DNA of 64,000 bases from Pirellulales bacterium. GTDB taxonomy: Bacteria; Planctomycetota; Planctomycetia; Pirellulales; JAICIG01. Shown one piece after another: positions 26,267-36,771 of this stretch (the stretch's first letter is position 1; every line of letters starts with the position of its first letter). The translations under genes and the position numbers were made by a program. The DNA is taken from contig JBBDYJ010000035.1 in assembly GCA_040901675.1 (NCBI GenBank), positions 192,001 through 256,000 of the forward strand, in the 5' to 3' direction. The notes under the pieces were generated by a model. That model saw nothing but the letters and a program-made list of their open reading frames with translations. It was not told the origin of the DNA and ran no database searches.

Positions 26267-26860
26267 TCACGCCTTGAGCCGTGGCAAAAACCTCCCCACC
26301 CGCTGCATGTAGTCCCGGTACTCGTGGCCAAATCGCTCGATCAGTTTCTCTTCCTCGATCCGAGTCCGAACTACCAGGAAACCGAACGGAATGATGCCAG
26401 CCAACAGCAAAAACCAGTTTGCTGCAACCAGACTCCCGCCGATGATGCCCAGCGCAAATGCCAGATAAAAGGGATGCCGAACAAAGCGGTAGGGGCCGCT
26501 GGTGACGAGAGAATGCTCTCTTCTCGTAACGACTGTGTCCGTCAGATTCCTGCCGAGGGTGCGAAAGGTCCATACAACAAGGACTCCACAGAATCCTACG
26601 ATGGCAAGCCCGATCCAGCGCAGCCAGTCGGGGAGCGGCATCGATGACCACGCCATCCATTGCGGGTTGATCAGCCAAGCAACAAGGCCACCGAACATCG
26701 GAATTCCGCTCAGCCGCAGTCCAAACAAGATGAAGGCACCTTCCTGCCAGCGGTCGAGCTTCTCGTCCGTCTGGGACCGAACCCGGCAATAGACGGCGAA
26801 CGGCATGAAGCTAGCGACGATGATCATAAAGAACAGGCGGAAGGAGTTGTCGTCGTTCAT
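26267..26860 (-). CDS. Isoprenylcysteine carboxylmethyltransferase family membrane protein
   Basis: HSLVTSGPYRFVRHPFY, RTRIEEEKLIERFGHEYRDY. Confidence 0.9.
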   Translation of the reverse strand: MNDDNSFRLFFMIIVASFMPFAVYCRVRSQTDEKLDRWQEGAFILFGLRLSGIPMFGGLVAWLINPQWMAWSSMPLPDWLRWIGLAIVGFCGVLVVWTFRTLGRNLTDTVVTRREHSLVTSGPYRFVRHPFYLAFALGIIGGSLVAANWFLLLAGIIPFGFLVVRTRIEEEKLIERFGHEYRDYMQRVGRFLPRLKA

Positions 26861-26878
26861 GGAGCCCCTGGCCAACGC

Positions 26879-28540
26879 TCAGTCTAGCGGATTCACCGGC
26901 TCGGGTGTTGGTGGGGACCGCTGGGCCTCGATCAGCAGGTCCTCTTCCGCCACGCGGCGGGGCTTGGCGATGCGCACGTGACGCACGGCCGTGACCACGG
27001 CCGGCACATTCGCCAGAAATATCACCACGCCGGCCAGCGGCACGGCGCACCAGAGTATGAACAGCTCATCGGGCACGATCGACTCGAACGTCGCATAACC
27101 CAGCGTCCAGATGGGGTTCGTGATCTCCAGCAGCGAGTAACCGCGCCGCAGATCAGGGATCATCAGGTGGATCGTCAACGGAATGAAGCACCCCGCCAGC
27201 AGCAGCAGCACCTGCACCAGCACCCCCAACAGCATGGGCACCTGGATGAACCTCCGTAGCCCGCTCAGCAACAACCGGCCCAGGCCAAGGTACACGGTCA
27301 CATAGCCCAGCCCCAACCCGCCGAACGTCAGCAGCCTTTCGAGGGTCATTGCTCCGGACCAGGATGGCGTCGGCATGGGATTGAACATCAGCCAAATCAA
27401 CACGCCGATCAACGTCATCAGGGCGACCGAAATCAGGTTGGCAAAGGCAAACATGAATCCGGTTGCCGGGCCCGGTGCGAACCAGGTCAGAAAAGCGCGG
27501 CCCAGGAAGCTTTGCGGCAACTGGCGGCGGACGCGCTGCGACAGCTCGCCCGACTCGCTGTTCATGAAGACGCCCATCGCGTACCAGTGAAGGCCGCTCA
27601 TCATCAGGAACACCAACAGAAATTCCATCTCGCCATACTTGAGCCAGGCCCAACCCATCCAGCCGGCGAACAGGACCTGCTGGGCCACCATCACCATCCG
27701 CAGCGCGGTCGAGCGGTTGTCGCTGGCAAAGGTCAACTGGGCCGAGGCCGCCGCCGCCAGCAGGGCGAAATAGCCCCAGTAGCCGGTCAAAAAGGCGGCA
27801 TTGCCGATCCAGAATTCCTCGTCCTGGAACGGCAGGCTGTTCCAGCCCACCATTTCGAAGACCAGCGCGCAACTGCCCCAGAAAGCCAGGCCCAGGCCGA
27901 AGATCAGAAACACGGAGAGCACGACTTGCCAGTGCTTTTCGGCCGTGACGGTGGCGATCAAAAGCCCGGCCAGCGACAAGCCCAGCGAGCCCAGAAAGGT
28001 ATAGAACAGCATGAACAGGATGGTGGGCATGTCGATGCCCTCCAGCATGTAGGTGAACGCCAGGCAGGGGGCAATGCCGGAAAAGTAGACCAGCATCTGC
28101 AAGACGGCGCTGCCCAGCTTGCCGCTCACGATCTGCCTGGGCTTGAGCGTGGTGACGCTGAGCATTTCATAGGTGCCGTCCTCCCGCTCGCCGGCCAGCG
28201 AGCGAAATGCTCCGAACGGCACAATCACCAGCAGTGGAAACGACAGCACCACGTAATAGCCGGCGAACAGCCAGACGCCTTGGGCGCCGTAAAAGATGCC
28301 CGGCCCGATCAGGGCCACGCCCAGCATCGACCAGACCCAGCCGCATGCCAGCACCAGGGCAAAGGTGATTCCGAACTGCCGGCTCTTGAGCGCCTGGCGG
28401 GTCTCCTTGACCAGGATCGGATTCAACCACTCGCTGAATCGGCCCAAAACCTGTTCGGCCCGGCTCCACCAGCGACGATCCGCCGGCTCGCTGACCGGCT
28501 CATCGCCGTCGCGGGCCACGACCGGCTCCAGCGTGGTCAT
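26879..28540 (-). CDS. ABC-2 type transporter permease
   Basis: NPILVKETRQALKS, AFRSLAGEREDGTYEMLSVTTL..RQIVSGKL; many TM helices; overlaps the ATPase stop. Confidence 0.85.
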   Translation of the reverse strand: MTTLEPVVARDGDEPVSEPADRRWWSRAEQVLGRFSEWLNPILVKETRQALKSRQFGITFALVLACGWVWSMLGVALIGPGIFYGAQGVWLFAGYYVVLSFPLLVIVPFGAFRSLAGEREDGTYEMLSVTTLKPRQIVSGKLGSAVLQMLVYFSGIAPCLAFTYMLEGIDMPTILFMLFYTFLGSLGLSLAGLLIATVTAEKHWQVVLSVFLIFGLGLAFWGSCALVFEMVGWNSLPFQDEEFWIGNAAFLTGYWGYFALLAAAASAQLTFASDNRSTALRMVMVAQQVLFAGWMGWAWLKYGEMEFLLVFLMMSGLHWYAMGVFMNSESGELSQRVRRQLPQSFLGRAFLTWFAPGPATGFMFAFANLISVALMTLIGVLIWLMFNPMPTPSWSGAMTLERLLTFGGLGLGYVTVYLGLGRLLLSGLRRFIQVPMLLGVLVQVLLLLAGCFIPLTIHLMIPDLRRGYSLLEITNPIWTLGYATFESIVPDELFILWCAVPLAGVVIFLANVPAVVTAVRHVRIAKPRRVAEEDLLIEAQRSPPTPEPVNPLD

Positions 28541-29487
28541 TGCACGTGCCCCTGGGTGACCTGCATGAACACCTCCTCCAGCGTCTTGGCCTGCCGGCCG
28601 AAGGCGACCACCCGCAGCCCCGCCTCGACCATCTCCCTGAGCAGTTCCGCCTCCGACTCCAGATCCCCCTGGTGCAGGAAGATCACCTGCTGGCCATCGA
28701 CCTCGATCTGCGAGATATCGGGCCGCCCGTTCAGCCAGTGGGCGACCGGCGCGGCATCGCCCAGCGCGCGGACCAGCACCTGGCTGACGTGATGCGCTTG
28801 CTGCCCTCGTTGGATTTCGGCCACCGAGCCGACGGCCAGCAGGCGGCCCTGCTCGATGATTCCGACCATGTCGCACATTTCGGCCAGCTCCGTGAGGATG
28901 TGCGAGCTGATCAGGATCGCCTTGCCGTCGGCGGCCAACCGGCGAATCATTTCCCGCAACTGGATGCGGGCTCGCGGATCAAGGCCGGCCGCCGGTTCGT
29001 CCAGGACCAGGACGGCCGGGTTGTGGATCATGGCCCGGCCCAGGCAGAGCCGCTGCTTCATCCCCTTGGAAAGACCGTTGGTCGGCTTGTCGGCCAGGGT
29101 GTCGAGCTTGGTGAAGCCCATCACGTAGCGCAGCGCGCGCAGCCGCTCGCTGCCCCGCAGGCCGTAGGCGCGGGCGAAGAAGTCGAGGTACTCGCGCACG
29201 TTGACGTTGGCGTAGGTGCCAAAAGAGTCTGGCATGAAGCCCAGGCGGTTGCGGACTCGGTCCGGATCGTTGACCACCGAGAAGCCATCGACGAAGGCGT
29301 CGCCCTGCGTGGGCATGTCGAGCGTGGCCAGGATCCGCATGCTGGTTGTCTTGCCGGCGCCGTTGGGTCCGATGTACCCGAAGACCTGCCCCCGCGCGAC
29401 TGAAAAGCTGACGTCGTTGACCGCCTTGGTGCGGCCGAAAAAGCGATACAGGCCCCTTAGCTCGATCATCGGGTGGCTGCTGATCAT
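28537..29487 (-). CDS. ABC transporter ATP-binding protein
   Basis: GPNGAGKTT, LSKGMKQR, LVLDEPAAGLDP, ILISSHIL. Confidence 0.95.
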   Translation of the reverse strand: MISSHPMIELRGLYRFFGRTKAVNDVSFSVARGQVFGYIGPNGAGKTTSMRILATLDMPTQGDAFVDGFSVVNDPDRVRNRLGFMPDSFGTYANVNVREYLDFFARAYGLRGSERLRALRYVMGFTKLDTLADKPTNGLSKGMKQRLCLGRAMIHNPAVLVLDEPAAGLDPRARIQLREMIRRLAADGKAILISSHILTELAEMCDMVGIIEQGRLLAVGSVAEIQRGQQAHHVSQVLVRALGDAAPVAHWLNGRPDISQIEVDGQQVIFLHQGDLESEAELLREMVEAGLRVVAFGRQAKTLEEVFMQVTQGHVQ

Positions 29488-29492
29488 GGCGG

Positions 29493-31742
29493 CTACCAGG
29501 TCCCCGTGACGACGTGCAGGCTGGCCTGCTCCCTGACCCGCTCGACTCCGTAGAGCACTTCCGGTGATCGCTCGACGACGGCCACGTACGACCGCGGCGG
29601 CAGGGGCGCGGGGACCGGCTGGAAGCGCGACGTGTCGGCGAGGGCCCGGGAAATGCAGCGCTCCAGGCAGCTCGATTGCAGTGTCGCCGCCGGCGCGTTG
29701 GCCGAGGTGCTGGTCCCGTAGCTGTAGCGATAGCCCGAGCCGAACGAGTCGGCGAAGGCTTGGGGATCGAGTCCCTCGGGAACCCGAGGAGCATTGTCAA
29801 AAAAGACCTTCCCTAGCGCTTGCCGCTCGGCCTTCAAGTCGGCCGGCTCGAGGGGAGCTTCGGCGCCTTCCGCCACGTTCATGGCCCGAAAGTGTGTACC
29901 GCTCGAATCGGCCAGCAGCAATCGCTTGATGGCGGAACCGAGGCGGTTTTCAACGCGAGGCGGCCCTGAAGCAGACTCGATGAAACGCAAACCGGCCTGG
30001 GTTTGCCGGCTTCGGACGGTGAGCAGTTGCGTCCTGGTACGGGACGTCAGCCAGCCGCTGGGCAGGTGATACTCGTCGTCGTACCAGATCATGGTGCGGC
30101 GGCGAGCTTGGCTGCGGGAATCGGCGGTGCCTCGCGGCTCGATGGGCAATACGGCCACGTCGGATGGAAAGCGCAGGCCGCCCGACGGAGTCAAGCCGGA
30201 AAAATAGGACAGCCGGGACCAGCAAACCGCCTCGCCGCGACGCTGATCGATCTGGGTGTAACTGCGGCTCCGCACGCGGATATCGAGCCCGTCGGCCACG
30301 AGCGCATATCCGAACAACGCCAACGTGACCACCGATGCGCAAAGCGGCACCACCAGCACCAGCAGGTGCAACTGGCCGCGCCGCTTGAGCCAGAAATAAT
30401 TGAGCGGGCCGATGCAGACGACGAACAGGGTGATCAACAGCCTGAACTCGGTCACGGGGGCCATCCCCACGCCCGGCACCAGCCAATTCCAGAAGCCGAT
30501 GTTCTCACGCTGCATCGAGACGCCGTGGCGCCGGTACCACAACCAGCGGTCGGGAGAAAGCGTGTTGAGCACCCAGGCCCATTGACGGGTTGAAAGAGAA
30601 AAGGCGCTGTCCTTGGAAATGCCCACCACAACTCCCATGCCCAGAGGCCGGTAGACGAAAGGCGGGTGGGCCGGGTCGCCCGGCGGCTCCGCCTGCACCG
30701 GAGCAGCAGCGGGGACCGTCACCGGCACCCCGTCGGGGCCAACCTGCACGACCTCTGTTGGCTGTACGATGGTCTCACTTCGACCGAAAGGATTCTCCAC
30801 CAGGCCTTGATCGGCCGACTGCGGGGGCAGAGACCAGCCGCGGTGCATCGCATCGCCCCCGGCGGGCGTTTCCAGCCCAGGCAGCTCGAACGCCTTTTCG
30901 ACTTCACTGAGCCCGGCAAAATCGTCGCCCAGCCCTTCGACAAACAGGTTGCCCCCCGCCGCCACCCAGTCGCCCAGCGCCTTCAATCGCTTGGGATGAT
31001 CGACCAGCTCAACCAGCGCCGGCCTGGAAATGCAAATGATGTCCAACTGGGAATAATCGATCCACTTCGTCGGCAACCGGTCCACCGCCAGCCCGATCTG
31101 CGTGTTCAACTGGACTGGCGCCCCGGTCTGGACGGAGGCCGGCGCATAGTAGCCCTGGTTGCTGTCGGCGGGGAGCAGCTCGGCCAGGGCCGATGTATCC
31201 TCGCTGGCAACCGCCACGCCCACTGCCGCCGGAGCCGGGCCGGTCGCGGCCGGCGGTGCCGCGGCAGTGATGCAAAGAATGTTGGGCAGCGCTTCATTTC
31301 CATGGCTCCAGATGGGCAGGCCGATGCTCAACTGCGAAAGGGTTTTGGAGAAGCGGCCGTCCTCATAAACGGAAAGCTCGTATTGCGTCCAGGGAATATG
31401 CTGCGGCACCGACAGCACGCTCGTGACGCCGGTGCTGCCGGCCGGCAGCTCGATGTCCTGGCTCACCAACAAATCCTGGTTTCCCCCATACATCGAGCGG
31501 GCTCGAAACTCGATGGTGAGGGTGCGGTCCGCCGCGTTGGCGACGGTCGGGATCACATCGATCCAGACAGGCCGGAACCCGGCGCCGTTCACCCACCGCG
31601 TATCCACCGTCAGCGACAGCCCCTTGCCTGTCGTGGTGATGACGGTCCCCGAAGTCGCCAGCACCGCCCGCGGAAATGCCGCCAACACGACCAGAGCCAG
31701 GGCCGTCGATCGGACACAGCGCCAAATGGTCGGTGCGGACAC
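29493..31742 (-). CDS. Large exported/membrane hypothetical protein of the ABC-2 cluster
   Basis: Signal-peptide-like N-terminus; DWVAAGGNL gatase-like segment; FVVCIGPLNYFWLKRR TM motif typical of these clusters. Confidence 0.75.
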   Translation of the reverse strand: MSAPTIWRCVRSTALALVVLAAFPRAVLATSGTVITTTGKGLSLTVDTRWVNGAGFRPVWIDVIPTVANAADRTLTIEFRARSMYGGNQDLLVSQDIELPAGSTGVTSVLSVPQHIPWTQYELSVYEDGRFSKTLSQLSIGLPIWSHGNEALPNILCITAAAPPAATGPAPAAVGVAVASEDTSALAELLPADSNQGYYAPASVQTGAPVQLNTQIGLAVDRLPTKWIDYSQLDIICISRPALVELVDHPKRLKALGDWVAAGGNLFVEGLGDDFAGLSEVEKAFELPGLETPAGGDAMHRGWSLPPQSADQGLVENPFGRSETIVQPTEVVQVGPDGVPVTVPAAAPVQAEPPGDPAHPPFVYRPLGMGVVVGISKDSAFSLSTRQWAWVLNTLSPDRWLWYRRHGVSMQRENIGFWNWLVPGVGMAPVTEFRLLITLFVVCIGPLNYFWLKRRGQLHLLVLVVPLCASVVTLALFGYALVADGLDIRVRSRSYTQIDQRRGEAVCWSRLSYFSGLTPSGGLRFPSDVAVLPIEPRGTADSRSQARRRTMIWYDDEYHLPSGWLTSRTRTQLLTVRSRQTQAGLRFIESASGPPRVENRLGSAIKRLLLADSSGTHFRAMNVAEGAEAPLEPADLKAERQALGKVFFDNAPRVPEGLDPQAFADSFGSGYRYSYGTSTSANAPAATLQSSCLERCISRALADTSRFQPVPAPLPPRSYVAVVERSPEVLYGVERVREQASLHVVTGTW

Positions 31743-31803
31743 AGGTTACCTCGATGGCTGGCGTTTGACGGTAAATCAAGCCGGTCTTGGATATTCAGAC
31801 AGT

Positions 31804-32109
31804 CTACCCCTGGGGCGGGCGGCCCGCGGGCGCTGGTGCGCCCGGCAGCGGAGGCGCGCTGGCCGCAAACGGCGTCTCGGCCCGCTGGCTGGCGGGCCGC
31901 CGCGACCGCGGCGCTACCAATGAGAATAGCCATATCACAAAGAACATCGCGCCATGGACCAGCATCGCCACGGCCAGCGCCGCCAGTGCGATCGTGATGG
32001 CGGCCGCCCAGAACGAGCCCCGCACCGCCATGGCCGCAACAAGCGACATCACCGCGGCGACGGCCGTTAGCCCCAGCACCCAGCGCAGCGAAAACTGCGG
32101 CACCAACAT
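31804..32109 (-). CDS. Small membrane protein (QFSLR N-terminal motif)
   Basis: MLVPQFSLRWVLGLTAV followed by two TM segments; GGAG upstream. Confidence 0.7.
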   Translation of the reverse strand: MLVPQFSLRWVLGLTAVAAVMSLVAAMAVRGSFWAAAITIALAALAVAMLVHGAMFFVIWLFSLVAPRSRRPASQRAETPFAASAPPLPGAPAPAGRPPQG

Positions 32110-32142
32110 AAAACTCTCCAAAGCCCCACTGCTCTTCCCGGA

Positions 32143-32270
32143 TGCCACTGCTTGAAGGCCGCTCTAAGGTCCGCCCAAGGCGGACCAAGCAGTGCCGTAT
32201 GCATCTCCCGACGGCACTGCTTCTCGGTCCGCCTTTTGCGGACTGCGGCGGCCCCTCCAAGCAGTGGCAC
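32143..32270. repeat. REP/BIME-like inverted doublet (GCACTGCTT...CAAGCAGTGGCA family)
   Basis: Outer TGCCACTGCTTG/CAAGCAGTGGCA, inner AAGCAGTGCCGT/ACGGCACTGCTT, and hairpin GGTCCGCC-CAA-GGCGGACC; related unit at 49794-49840. Confidence 0.85.
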
Positions 32271-32351
32271 GGACACCTAGCTCGATTGTGCCACGGCGGG
32301 CCATGGATTCAAGCGTCCACGGGCCGGATGAGGGCTATTCGCCCCGCGGCG

Positions 32352-33746
32352 CTAAATCTTGGCCGCGACCGCTGCCGGACACGAAATCTCAGGCCCGATC
32401 GCCACCCGCCGTCGTTTGGCGGCGGCCCACCACCAGCCGGCCAGCGCCGCGGCCACCAGCGGCCATAACCAGGCACCGGTCCGCGCGTGCCATGGTCCAT
32501 GCCACCACATCAGCCCGCCTATCAGGCCGCCGGCCGCGCTGAGCACCAAAAAATCGGGCCGCAGCCGTGGATGCTCCGCCAGCAGGACCGCCAGCACGTA
32601 GTAGCCGGGGGCCAACAGGGGCACGAACCAGCGGATCGAGCAGCAGAGCCCGGAGTAATTGTTCGAGGCGGCGGCATACAACAGCCATGTACCGCCGAAG
32701 AGCCCGGTTGCAAACAGCAGCTCAGGCCAGTGCCGCGACCGCCGCCGCCACAGCAGGACGAAACCGGGCAATGCCAGCAAGAGCGGCAAGCTGTGGGTGA
32801 CGAGGCCTCGCTTGCCCAGCAGCATCGCAACGGCATACAACATGCCGCGCGGCAGCGATTCGTGGTTCCAGCCCCCCGTCATATTGCTGGGGTTGAAGGG
32901 CGAGCCAGGCCAGACAAAGTGCTGCGGGGCAGCGCTCGCCGGTGTCCACGTGCCACCGATCGCGTAGTTCAGCACATGGTGCAGCGCCAGCCAAGGGACG
33001 GCCGCCACGACAAAGGCCGCCATCGACGCCAGGCTGCGGCACCGGTAGGCGACCAGGCCGACCGTCGCGAGCAACAGCACCGGCCCGACTCCCAGGTCGA
33101 TCGTGTATCCGGCGCCCGCCAGCGTGCCGCACCAGATCAACCGCGGCCATAGCGGCCCATGGGCGTCGCCATCGCTTCGGATTTGTTGTGCCAACCTCTC
33201 CAGCGACAGCACCAGGGCGGCGACGACTCCCAGCAGCAGGATGTGATTGTTGACGTGCCTGGTGTACGGCAAGGCAATCGTGGCCAGCGAAAGACTGGCC
33301 GCCAGCAGCAGCGCGTCGCCCCGTGAGAGCCGCAGGGCAATCGCAAGTTGAAACAGGCACCAGGCGGCCGCTACGTACGCCAGGCCCGACGTGGCTAGGG
33401 TCATCGCGTAGCAAAAGACCGCCGGCTGCTCGCGGGCCGTCAGGCCGGTGAACGATTGCAGCAGCTTATACCCGCCGGCCATTGCCAAGGCCGGCACCGG
33501 CGACTTGTCTGAGTAGAACCGGCCGCCGATGAACATCTTGTCGCTGGTGAGCGGCGCAAACACCGATCGATCGATGGCCCAGGTCTGATAGTCGACGAGC
33601 GACTCGACGGTGGCCAAACGGCTGGCGTCATTCCAGCCACCCGGGTAACTCCGGGCGCCGACCATGGCGAGCAGCAGTGCCGCGGCCGCCACCAGCGCGC
33701 CGGCCGGCCGGAGGGATGCGTGGCCAGTTCCATTTGTGGATTGCAC
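32352..33746 (-). CDS. Polytopic membrane protein, GT-C glycosyltransferase-like (paralog 1)
   Basis: YPGGWNDASRLATVESLVD, FYSDKSPVPA, NNYSGLCCSIRWFVP; about 10 TM segments; GTG start approximate. Confidence 0.75.
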   Translation of the reverse strand: MQSTNGTGHASLRPAGALVAAAALLLAMVGARSYPGGWNDASRLATVESLVDYQTWAIDRSVFAPLTSDKMFIGGRFYSDKSPVPALAMAGGYKLLQSFTGLTAREQPAVFCYAMTLATSGLAYVAAAWCLFQLAIALRLSRGDALLLAASLSLATIALPYTRHVNNHILLLGVVAALVLSLERLAQQIRSDGDAHGPLWPRLIWCGTLAGAGYTIDLGVGPVLLLATVGLVAYRCRSLASMAAFVVAAVPWLALHHVLNYAIGGTWTPASAAPQHFVWPGSPFNPSNMTGGWNHESLPRGMLYAVAMLLGKRGLVTHSLPLLLALPGFVLLWRRRSRHWPELLFATGLFGGTWLLYAAASNNYSGLCCSIRWFVPLLAPGYYVLAVLLAEHPRLRPDFLVLSAAGGLIGGLMWWHGPWHARTGAWLWPLVAAALAGWWWAAAKRRRVAIGPEISCPAAVAAKI

Positions 33747-33901
33747 CGGGGGTCCTCCCTGACGCGGCGGCGGTTCTTGTTCGGAGGCCGGCAGCGTACA
33801 GAAAGAGGCCCTCCATGCCAACGCGAGCCACCGGCTGCTAGCGTCGCCGCTTGGACCTGGTTTGTAGTGACCCCATTCATGGGGTCGTGTCGCGCGACCC
33901 G

Positions 33902-35446
33902 CTAGCGTTGCCGCTTGGGCTTTGCCTCGGGCGCCGCGGCCGATTGCTCTATTGGCCGCCTGCGCAGCCTCGGCAGGATGCACAAGAGCCAGCCGCCGAG
34001 TCCTATCGCCTGCAAATGCCAGATCCAGGGCACCTCCTCCGGTGTCCAGGGGCCAACCGACCACATGCAGGCCCCCACCAGCAGGCCGACGCCGGTGAGC
34101 ACCGCCAGGTCGAGCCGGTATTGCGGGCTCTCCCGCACGAGCACCGCCACGATGTAATACGCGGCCGCCACCAGCGGCACGAACCAGCGTATCGAGCAGC
34201 AGGTACCCGAATAGTTGTTCGACAACAGCGAATAGAGCAGCCAGGTCCCCAGGCACCAGGCGGCGGCCCAGAGCACTTCGGGCAACTCGGCCGGCCGCCG
34301 CCGCAGGGCCACCGCCACTCCGGGCAACGCCAGCAGCACGGGCAGGTTGTGGCCAAAGAAGCCGCGATAGAAAAGCCCCTCGCTGTTATCGATTCCCACC
34401 AGCAGCGAGGCGGCATACCACAAGAAGCAGCCGATCGAATCGTGGTTCCAGACCCCGGTCATGTTCTCGGCGGTGAACGGCGAGCCAGGCCAGGTGAAGT
34501 ATTCCGGCACCGAGGCGGCCGGAGTGAACGTGCCGCCAATCTGCCAGTTCACCGCGTGGTGCAGCGCCAGCCAGGGCAGCGCGCCCAGCGAGAAAACCGC
34601 CAGCGCCAGGCCCGCCGCGCGTCGCAGCCGGTAGCCGATCACCGCCGCCGTGCAAAGCAAAAGCACCGGGCCGGTCCCCAGATCGATGGTGTAGGCCAGC
34701 CCGGCCAGGCAGCCGGCCCAGGCCACGCGTGCCCACGGCAACCGTGCCGGCGGCGCGGGCTGCCCGATCCATGCGCGGGCCAGCCGTGCCAGGTTCAAGG
34801 CCAGCAGGGCGGCGACCGCCAACAGAAGGATGTGATCGTTGACAAAGCGTGTATATGGCAGCGCCACGGTCGCCAGCCCAAAACCGGCCGTAAGGCCCAG
34901 CCGGATTCGCAGCGGCACGTCGAGCACGCGGCCGAGCTGAAACACCGACAGCACGGCGACGACGTACGACAGGCCGGACGAGCCGAGCGTCATCCAGTAG
35001 CAGAACGCGTTCGGATTGCTCTTGGCGGTCATGCCGGTGAGGGCCTGCCAGATCGCATACCAGCCGGCCAACAGCAAGGCGGGCACCGGCGACTTGTGCG
35101 AGTAGAAGCGGCCATCGACATGAATCTTGTCGAGCGTGCCGAACAGCCCCATGAGGGGATACTCGGGATGATACGGGCTGTCCTTCAGGTCCTCATAGGT
35201 GGGATGCCGCCCTTGCAAGTCGATTCCGCTGAAGATCGAGCGGTCGATGGCCAGCGTGTGATGGTCGACCAGCGACTCCACGGTGGCCAGGCGGCTGCCG
35301 TCGTTCCAGCCGCCCGCGTAGTCGTGCGCGCTGGCAACCGCGACGGCCGCGGCCCCGGCCAGGACGATCCAGCCGGCCGCCCGCCGGCGCCTGTCGGCCG
35401 GATCGCCGCCATGTGCCTTCGGAGGCCGAGTACGGTTTCTGGGCAC
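33902..35446 (-). CDS. Polytopic membrane protein, GT-C glycosyltransferase-like (paralog 2)
   Basis: YAGGWNDGSRLATVESLVD, FYSHKSPVPA, NNYSGTCCSIRWFVP; colinear with the neighbouring gene; start approximate. Confidence 0.75.
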   Translation of the reverse strand: MPRNRTRPPKAHGGDPADRRRRAAGWIVLAGAAAVAVASAHDYAGGWNDGSRLATVESLVDHHTLAIDRSIFSGIDLQGRHPTYEDLKDSPYHPEYPLMGLFGTLDKIHVDGRFYSHKSPVPALLLAGWYAIWQALTGMTAKSNPNAFCYWMTLGSSGLSYVVAVLSVFQLGRVLDVPLRIRLGLTAGFGLATVALPYTRFVNDHILLLAVAALLALNLARLARAWIGQPAPPARLPWARVAWAGCLAGLAYTIDLGTGPVLLLCTAAVIGYRLRRAAGLALAVFSLGALPWLALHHAVNWQIGGTFTPAASVPEYFTWPGSPFTAENMTGVWNHDSIGCFLWYAASLLVGIDNSEGLFYRGFFGHNLPVLLALPGVAVALRRRPAELPEVLWAAAWCLGTWLLYSLLSNNYSGTCCSIRWFVPLVAAAYYIVAVLVRESPQYRLDLAVLTGVGLLVGACMWSVGPWTPEEVPWIWHLQAIGLGGWLLCILPRLRRRPIEQSAAAPEAKPKRQR

Positions 35447-35601
35447 GGATTTCGCTCCGCTTTCGCTATGCCACCGGACGCTGAGGACAAGAAAGTCCGC
35501 CACCCAGTTGACCAGAAGCGGGACAGGGTCCGCAATCGGTCTGGATAATGGGCCCGGGCCGGCGTAACCTGGACTGGCCGAGAATCAGCGGAGCACCGCG
35601 C

Positions 35602-36615
35602 ATGCCGACCCGCATCGCCGTTTTCAGCAGCAAACCATACGATCGGGATTTCCTTTCGGCCGCCAATCAGCAGTACGGCTTCGACCTGGTGTTTCTGGAA
35701 CCGCGCCTATCGTCCGAGACGGTGGCGCTGGCCGCGGGTTTCCCGGTCGTCTGCGCGTTCGTGAACGACCGCCTCGACGCGGGGGTGCTGGAGAAACTGG
35801 CGGCCGGCGGCACCCGGATTGTGGCGATGCGCTGTGCCGGTTTCAACAACGTGGACATCGCGACCGCGGAGAGGCTGGGAATCCGTGTCGTCCGAGTCCC
35901 CGCTTACTCTCCTCATTCGGTCGCCGAACACACGGTGGGGTTGATGCTGACGCTGAATCGAAAGATCCACCGGGCCTATTTCCGCGTGCGGGAGGGGAAC
36001 TTTTCGCTCAACGGCCTGCTGGGATTCGATCTGCACGGTCGAACCGCCGGGATTGTCGGGACCGGGCAGATCGGCGCCGTCGTCGCCCGGATCATGGCGG
36101 GATTCGGTTGTCACCTGCTGGGCTTCGATCCGTACCCGAACCCCCAATGCGAAGCGCTCGGCATGCGGTACGTCCGGCTCGAAGAGTTGCTGGGCCAGTC
36201 GGATATTGTCACGCTTCACTGCCCCTTGAACCCATCCACGTACCGGCTGATCGACGCCAAAGCAGTCCAGCAGATGAAACGCGGCGCCATGTTGGTGAAT
36301 ACCAGCCGTGGGGCGGTCATCGACACAAAGGCCGTGATCGACGGACTGAAATCCGGCCAGATCGGCTCGGTGGCATTGGACGTGTATGAGGAGGAAGGAG
36401 ACTACTTCTTCGAGGACCTCTCCGAAAAGGTGATCAGCGACGACGTCCTGGCCCGGCTGCTGACGTTCCCGAACGTGCTCATCACGGGTCACCAGGCATT
36501 CTTCACGCGGGACGCGTTGGAGAGCATTAGCGCGACGACGCTCAAGAACGTGCGGGACATCGAACTCGCGGGGCATTGCGGCAACGAAGTCACCAGCCAG
36601 CTCGTCGGGCGGTAG
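35602..36615 (+). CDS. ldhA: D-lactate dehydrogenase (2-hydroxyacid dehydrogenase)
   Basis: [62 protein letters not shown]. Confidence 0.93.
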   Translation: MPTRIAVFSSKPYDRDFLSAANQQYGFDLVFLEPRLSSETVALAAGFPVVCAFVNDRLDAGVLEKLAAGGTRIVAMRCAGFNNVDIATAERLGIRVVRVPAYSPHSVAEHTVGLMLTLNRKIHRAYFRVREGNFSLNGLLGFDLHGRTAGIVGTGQIGAVVARIMAGFGCHLLGFDPYPNPQCEALGMRYVRLEELLGQSDIVTLHCPLNPSTYRLIDAKAVQQMKRGAMLVNTSRGAVIDTKAVIDGLKSGQIGSVALDVYEEEGDYFFEDLSEKVISDDVLARLLTFPNVLITGHQAFFTRDALESISATTLKNVRDIELAGHCGNEVTSQLVGR

Positions 36616-36771
36616 CTGGAAACAGACATCGAGGAGTAGCCTCCCCGGGTGTTTCGGGCCAATGCCGGATGGCCCGCAAATTCGCAGGATTGAAGAAGCA
36701 GCTAGCGCTGGGTGAGGGTATGCTCAATCCGCGTCGAGCGAACAAAGATCAACAAGCACGGGAGACCGGAA

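Noticed and set aside
35441..35457. GG-N10-GC sigma54-like motifs (GGCACGGATTTCGC here; GGCACGCTTATCGC near 44457)
   Set aside because: Both lack the TGG and TTGC consensus and are plausible by chance in high-GC DNA
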